Origin: Nemertoderma westbladi
Taxonomy: Eukaryota > Animalia > Xenacoelomorpha
Assembly (NCBI GenBank): GCA_032718475.1
Contig: JAUCBJ010005949.1
Coordinates: forward strand, 1-64,000
Direction of reading: 5' to 3'
Length of the DNA stretch: 64,000 nucleotides
Both the position numbers and the translations under genes were made by a program. The notes under the pieces are model-generated. The model ran no database searches and was not told the DNA's origin. It was given only the letters and a program-made list of their open reading frames with translations. Below, one piece after another: positions 63,501 to 64,000 of the stretch (its first letter is position 1; every line of letters starts with the position of its first letter).

Positions 63501-64000
63501 CACTGTGTGACGGGACCCACCGTTTAAATGCGTGTGATAAATTCCTGAGGAAATCACTAAAGGATAGACGTGAAGTCATGTGGGATAAGCGGTTGTGTTA
63601 TAATTGCCTCAGACGAGGACACCAACGGCGAACCTGTAACTCCGACGCAAGGTGTGCAAAGTGCGGCGCAAAACATCATATCTTGTTGCACACGGAATTC
63701 GAACGAAACAGCCCGAGTCAGGTAAGTGAGTCCGAACTACATGTCCAATTCAGTGATGTGAACGACACTGATCAATCTGAGATGGAAGGATTCTATACGG
63801 ACGAGTTCTCCGACCAAAACGAATCCTGTTACCTAACAAACACCACCACAGTGTATCGAGCACTCGTGTATGAGAAAGACACAGACAGCGACCTTACCTT
63901 AACTACTTCCGATCAACAACCATCTTGGAAAGCGCCAACTTCCAATATAGGAATCCGAGAGTTTCCTGTGGTGCAGGTAAGGGTGCACGGACCTAAACGG
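57563..64000 (+). mobile_element. BEL/Pao copy 3, nested in copy 2 and running off the window
   Basis: Starts TGTAAAAGCTTTT inside the copy 2 coding sequence; the 3.5-kb leader matches the reverse complement of 34520-38138; gag is very similar to copy 1. Confidence 0.9.
61097..64000 (+). CDS. BEL/Pao Gag-Pol, N-terminal part; apparently open to the window edge
   Basis: ATG at 61097 (MSDAKQNLSDSLLDTTESEVTAEKPHKRD); the CYNC knuckle near 63600 is in the same frame; no stop-terminated + strand ORF is listed here. Confidence 0.82.
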   Translation, partial: MSDAKQNLSDSLLDTTESEVTAEKPHKRDAIDIYLSDYQRFVGDEELRRRLEGLSPNSEGAKLVLDAIDVDRLAANQAKFDEQLRLTRVKEEQVKKKRIEDRKAAAVAAAVAAAEAETKAAAAEAAAEAKAAAAEAKAAAAEAAAEAAAEAKAAEAERKAAMAAAEAERKAAEAVAEAERRASEEATQLELENLQERQDNFNKQLTASNMQMMSRSTPKRQGYTSSEEGDTTDTEGGRNRSRLSRRKRTFHRQKLPDLPPAVRRQLNNTNLGSTEPTDQIITIERLPTIVDEPEIIRPVLEITPSVIDTPVLPEATSKFPLHSTKLPVPSRTAQATVQVLDPERNIHNLSPVVPRPPATTLATPASAVEWVDRGRRGMDILLGQMQETVQQFKGTVRESRLELQEVQQSIALERDKLVNTQKGIPPPSVTMCQPVRSEVLHAQGVEPTRIYTASEVETPIVNPIKGNYRPVDNDIPYRTDHNPRNLYTDNSILNSTMAQESFTRQMARTEARQAVKVGEIVKFNGDEMKWLPFNEYYKDNIQNSVLSNGEKLRYLIECLEGSPKLMALKFIGHPDGLRQVWDILNIRYGNRNNIAKYLYAKLVAPRKFISSGIIEFSDEIQEICRQLDWLGKSHEYQSSMVIGAVASTLPKGGVGTRWDKKVLYMMEQQRRDPTMADLMSFLDGEVKLQLLKQSREKTPENKVSEKPVSRRKVTPVCYTDDGESQTSQGEDSGKDTDRSYYVNKMPKDQVSKFKSRTNDRREQVRKTPPTSPKRIQVRKPEERASVHNVTQNKVSNIKPKCALCDGTHRLNACDKFLRKSLKDRREVMWDKRLCYNCLRRGHQRRTCNSDARCAKCGAKHHILLHTEFERNSPSQVSESELHVQFSDVNDTDQSEMEGFYTDEFSDQNESCYLTNTTTVYRALVYEKDTDSDLTLTTSDQQPSWKAPTSNIGIREFPVVQVRVHGPKR

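Overview
Eukaryotic (probably invertebrate) repeat-dense region with no prokaryotic features. 0.5-24 kb is mostly satellite DNA: 52-bp, 15-bp and 39-bp arrays. The 39-bp array has higher-order repeats and a 5'-truncated RTE retrotransposon inserted with a 12-bp target-site duplication (TSD). 24-64 kb is a nest of retroelements: three related BEL/Pao LTR copies (one near-complete on the minus strand but broken by a hAT MITE and a nonsense codon, one degenerate, one open to the window edge), tandem RTEX-like LINEs, and a 5' fragment of another LTR element. Between them, at 49015-49741 (-), sits one non-transposon, intronless, leaderless gene of about 241 aa, split by one extra base in an A7 run. 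By eye its sequence pattern aligns along its length with IL-18/IL-1-family beta-trefoil cytokines, and it has a TATA/CCAAT/kB-like/GATA upstream region. This is the most notable candidate and needs profile or structure confirmation. The very long ORFs in the ORF track over the satellites are artefacts of stop-free repeat units.
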